A stretch of DNA of 63,996 bases, the filler included, from Pelomyxa schiedti (taxonomy: Eukaryota > Protista > Evosea), in assembly GCA_020536535.1 (NCBI GenBank). It is 10 parts of 10 records of this genome, joined end to end, with 100 filler letters (N's around TTAATTAATTAA, not from the genome) between each part and the next. Parts side by side here need not be neighbours in the genome. Positions count along the whole stretch, not along the records: positions 62,990 to 63,996 come from JAHLWZ010003020.1; 9 more parts are not named here. The stretch is one strand, 5' to 3'. The first letter of the stretch is position 1, and each line of letters starts with the position of its first letter. The notes below the pieces were generated by a model. The model made no database searches. It saw only the letters and a program-made list of their open reading frames with translations, and was not told the DNA's origin. The translations under genes and the position numbers were made by a program. This document shows positions 63,559 to 63,996 of this stretch, piece by piece.

Positions 63559-63996
63559 ATGATGACATCGAGCGGTGGAGACAGCGAGGACACAGGACAG
63601 CCACGACGTCCCATTCCTGTTGCGGCAACGGCTAGCAGCACTACCACGTCGTCGGTGCCGCCGCTGCAGCCTCAGACGGACGCGGGGGAGGGACGACATT
63701 ATGGGAGCGGAGGGAGCGGGGGGTTGGTGGTCAACAATTCGTTGGCGAGGTACAAGATGGTTTTTTTGGGTAGGTGATTTGCACATTACTTTTTTTTCCT
63801 GTAAGTGTGTGGGCTAACACTTGTACGTGAAGGTGATTCTTACGTTGGGAAGACAAGGTACATTCCTGCACCGTTTTTTTTTTATTGCCTCTCCACTTTC
63901 CCTCACCCACTGTTTCGCTTTCTAGTATTATTACTCGATTCATGTATGACACATTCGACAACACATACCAGGTGGGCATGGCTTTTCTCACGTTCT
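63559..63996 (+). CDS. rab6: Rab6 GTPase, 5' part, with long N-terminal extension
   Basis: LARYKMVFL|GDSYVGKT|SIITRFMYDTFDNTYQ matches the Rab6 G1 and effector region. Confidence 0.9.

Overview
Gene-dense, intron-rich eukaryotic (protist) DNA. Introns are short (~40-60 nt) GT-AG, many with AAG acceptors, and intergenic gaps are tiny. An amoebozoan/Archamoeba-like source is my inference from gene content, not established. The window is a pseudo-scaffold: nine 100-nt linkers (N44-TTAATTAATTAA-N44) join unrelated contigs, so adjacency across them is meaningless, and two pure-N100 gaps flank what look like uncollapsed alleles. Recognisable genes: metallophosphoesterase, PX-domain protein, PHO80-like and K/T/M-like cyclins, Rac, a DUF229-type alkaline-phosphatase-superfamily protein, GH78 alpha-L-rhamnosidase, an alpha/beta hydrolase, a CD39/GDA1 apyrase with a Ser-rich stalk, a Roco (LRR-Roc-COR-kinase), a GRAM protein, two FYVE mini-genes, a WDR89-like protein, a rhodanese-pseudophosphatase, an MRH-domain protein, a papain-family protease and Rab6. 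Two loci stand out. (1) A co-oriented sPLA2 - MMPL/RND transporter - sPLA2 cluster (34.4-41.0 kb), with plant-type (group XI-like) PLA2 domains inside PSI/EGF mosaic proteins. (2) A decayed composite element (54.7-57.9 kb): an intron-containing piggyBac-like transposase and a ParB/Srx-like (DGNHR) gene diverge from an array of 51-52 bp units, each a 16-bp-arm palindrome, one with its 5-nt spacer inverted. A 2.1 kb contig bounded by perfect 121 bp inverted repeats is also present. Exon boundaries were read by eye and are approximate.
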